DNA of 64,000 bases from an uncultured Veillonellaceae bacterium. GTDB taxonomy: Bacteria; Bacillota; Negativicutes; JARBTT01. A model generated the notes under the pieces. The model saw nothing but the letters and a program-made list of their open reading frames with translations. It searched no databases and was not told the origin of the DNA. The translations under genes and the position numbers were made by a program. The stretch is taken from assembly GCA_963805085.1 (NCBI GenBank), contig CAWDTA010000002.1, positions 512,001-576,000 of the forward strand, read 5' to 3'. This document shows positions 61,827 to 64,000 of the stretch, piece by piece. The first letter of the stretch is position 1. Each line of letters starts with the position of its first letter.

Positions 61827-63722
61827 TTACGATTTTTTCAATTTCAAATAAAGGGTTGATAGCGGTGGCACTGTGATTCGTATAGACTGCTGCTTATCAT
61901 GCCAAGCAACTTGTTCAGGGATAAAGTCACCTTCGTTGATAACATTAGAACCGCCAAATTGCTCACTGTCACTATTAAATACTTCTACATAAGTACCATC
62001 CACTGGTACACCCAAGCGATAATCTTGATGAACCGCTGGTGTAAAATTACATAATACAATGATGAAATCTTCGTGCTCTTTCCCTTTCCGAATAAATGAA
62101 ATTACACTATTTCGATTATCATTACAATCAATCCATTCAAATCCTTGCCAATCACAATCGATTTGCCAAAATGCTGCTTGCTTACAATAGAATAAATTTG
62201 ACTGCTTCACATATTCATGCAATTTATGATGCATCGGATAATCAAGCAAATGCCAATCTAGGCTATCATCATATTTCCATTCGATAAATTGACCAAATTC
62301 ACTACCCATAAATAATAGTTTTTTCCCCGGATGAGCCAACCAATAGCCATAAAAAGCACGCAGGTTGGCAAATTTTTGCCAATAATCTCCTGGCATTTTA
62401 TTGATTAAGGAACATTTTCCGTGCACAACCTCATCATGTGATAGCGGCAGCACGAAATTTTCCGAAAATGCATACATAAATGAAAAAGTGACAAGATTGT
62501 GATGGAACTGCCGATAAATTGGATCCATCCCCATGTACCGCAGCATATCATTCATCCAGCCCATATTCCATTTGAAGTTAAATCCCATCCCCCCCATATA
62601 AACTGGCTTAGAGATCAGTGGCCAAGAAGTGGATTCCTCGGCAATCATTAGGGCAGTTGGGTGATTTTCAAAAATTGCATGATTTAGTTTACGCAAAAAT
62701 TCCATTGCATCTAAATTACCGTCGCCACCATATTTATTGATTTCCCGATCTTCCTCTTTACGACCATAATTAAGGTATAGCATATTTGCAACTGCATCAA
62801 TTCTAAGCCCGTCAATATGATACATATCAAACCAAAACATTGCATTAGAAATTAAAAAGCTTTGTACTTCGGTTCGACCATAATCGAAGTTTGTTGTTCC
62901 CCATTCGTAATTTTCCGCCCGTTTTGGGTTGTTGGATTCGTACAGTGGAGCACCATCAAATTGTCTTAGACCATGTTCATCCCGACAAAAGTGCCCCGGT
63001 ACCCAATCTAGAATAATCCCAATATTATTTTCATGACATAAATTAACTAAATACATAAAGTCGCTTGGCTCGCCATAACGGCTTGTCACCGCATAGTAGC
63101 CAGTCGCTTGATATCCCCACGAGCCATCAAAAGGAAATTCACTAAGCGGCATCAATTCAATATGCGTATAATGCATGTTCTTTACGTAATCTACCAATTG
63201 ATCAGCAACTTGGCGATACGTTAAGAACTCTCCCTCTGCGTTACGCCGCCATGATCCCAGATGTACTTCATAGGTCAGCATCGGTGTTTCATAAGCAGCA
63301 TGTTCCTGCTTTTCTTCCAGCCATTTTTGATCTGACCATTGAAAATTTCTTAAATCATATACAACGGAAGCTGTATTGGGCCTGACCTCTGCAAAAAAGC
63401 CATATGGATCAGATTTCAAAAGGGTCTGACCGAAGTTCGTTTGAATTGCATATTTATATACAGTGCCGACTGTTACATCGGCAATAAACAGCACCCAAAT
63501 ACTAGAATCGGCTATTTTCTCCATCTGATGTGAATCTTGTTGCCACTGGTTGAAATCACCCACAACACTTACCTTTTGTGCATTCGGTGCCCATACGCTA
63601 AAGCGCACCCCTTGCTCACCATTTTGATTTACTATATGTGCCCCGAACATTTGGTAACTGTGATAATTTGTACCTTGATGATATAAATACAAATCATAAT
63701 TGCTCAGTGTTGATACTTCCAC
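61827..63722 (-). CDS. glgB: 1,4-alpha-glucan branching enzyme
   Basis: VWAPNA, SWGYQ, RIDAVA, AEEST and LSHDEVVHGK. Confidence 0.96.
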   Translation of the reverse strand: MEVSTLSNYDLYLYHQGTNYHSYQMFGAHIVNQNGEQGVRFSVWAPNAQKVSVVGDFNQWQQDSHQMEKIADSSIWVLFIADVTVGTVYKYAIQTNFGQTLLKSDPYGFFAEVRPNTASVVYDLRNFQWSDQKWLEEKQEHAAYETPMLTYEVHLGSWRRNAEGEFLTYRQVADQLVDYVKNMHYTHIELMPLSEFPFDGSWGYQATGYYAVTSRYGEPSDFMYLVNLCHENNIGIILDWVPGHFCRDEHGLRQFDGAPLYESNNPKRAENYEWGTTNFDYGRTEVQSFLISNAMFWFDMYHIDGLRIDAVANMLYLNYGRKEEDREINKYGGDGNLDAMEFLRKLNHAIFENHPTALMIAEESTSWPLISKPVYMGGMGFNFKWNMGWMNDMLRYMGMDPIYRQFHHNLVTFSFMYAFSENFVLPLSHDEVVHGKCSLINKMPGDYWQKFANLRAFYGYWLAHPGKKLLFMGSEFGQFIEWKYDDSLDWHLLDYPMHHKLHEYVKQSNLFYCKQAAFWQIDCDWQGFEWIDCNDNRNSVISFIRKGKEHEDFIIVLCNFTPAVHQDYRLGVPVDGTYVEVFNSDSEQFGGSNVINEGDFIPEQVAWHDKQQSIRITVPPLSTLYLKLKKS

Positions 63723-63831
63723 AATAAACCTCCCACCAAAGTATATGCATACCTTGTACTATCAATGTTATAAAATTGATATTTTTCAAGAAAGAGAAAG
63801 GTATGAAACCTGCCTCCGTTATTAGATTGCC

Positions 63832-64000
63832 TTAAGGAACAATGACAGGTTTTATTTTCCAAATACCTTGTGCATATTCCTCAATGGTTCTATCACTAGA
63901 AAAAATACCTGAATGTGCAATATTAACAACACTAGATGTCAACCAAGCTTGTTTGTTTTTATATTTTTCTTCTACTTTCAATTGAGCATCGGCATAGGCA
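63832..64000 (-). CDS. glgP: Glycogen phosphorylase, C-terminal end (truncated by the window edge)
   Basis: The minus strand reads ...NIAHSGIFSSDRTIEEYAQGIW...*. Confidence 0.9.
   Translation of the reverse strand, partial: AYADAQLKVEEKYKNKQAWLTSSVVNIAHSGIFSSDRTIEEYAQGIWKIKPVIVP

Overview
The window looks like a Negativicutes chromosome (Selenomonadales/Sporomusaceae-like; inferred from gene content). 1-13.4 kb: an uncharacterised sugar/polyol catabolic locus with a Gat-type PTS, a LevR-type sigma54 activator, a GlpP antiterminator, an FGGY kinase, an SDR, two D-2-hydroxyacid dehydrogenases and a class II aldolase. 14.8-25.1 kb: a complete membrane-bound [NiFe] uptake hydrogenase operon with its hyp genes. 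25.6-43.1 kb: an accessory island rich in RAYT (REP-associated tyrosine transposase) genes and REP palindromes. 43-64 kb: GDSL hydrolase, ClC antiporter, Na+-pumping methylmalonyl-CoA decarboxylase, a CitAB/DcuSR-type two-component system and glycogen genes. The best candidate for a new system is 26.6-33.7 kb. Two inverted copies of a promoter plus an 88-nt tRNA-Ser-like RNA, with intact Ser identity elements but a broken anticodon loop, face inward. One copy precedes a radical SAM/SPASM enzyme, an MFS exporter, an amino-acid racemase and a seryl-tRNA synthetase fragment. The other precedes an orphan 296-aa protein with an inferred class-I-aaRS/CDPS-like motif order, a DMT transporter and an MBL hydrolase. 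This suggests a dedicated non-ribosomal Ser-tRNA pathway, which is an inference. All family calls come from reading motifs; no database searches were run.
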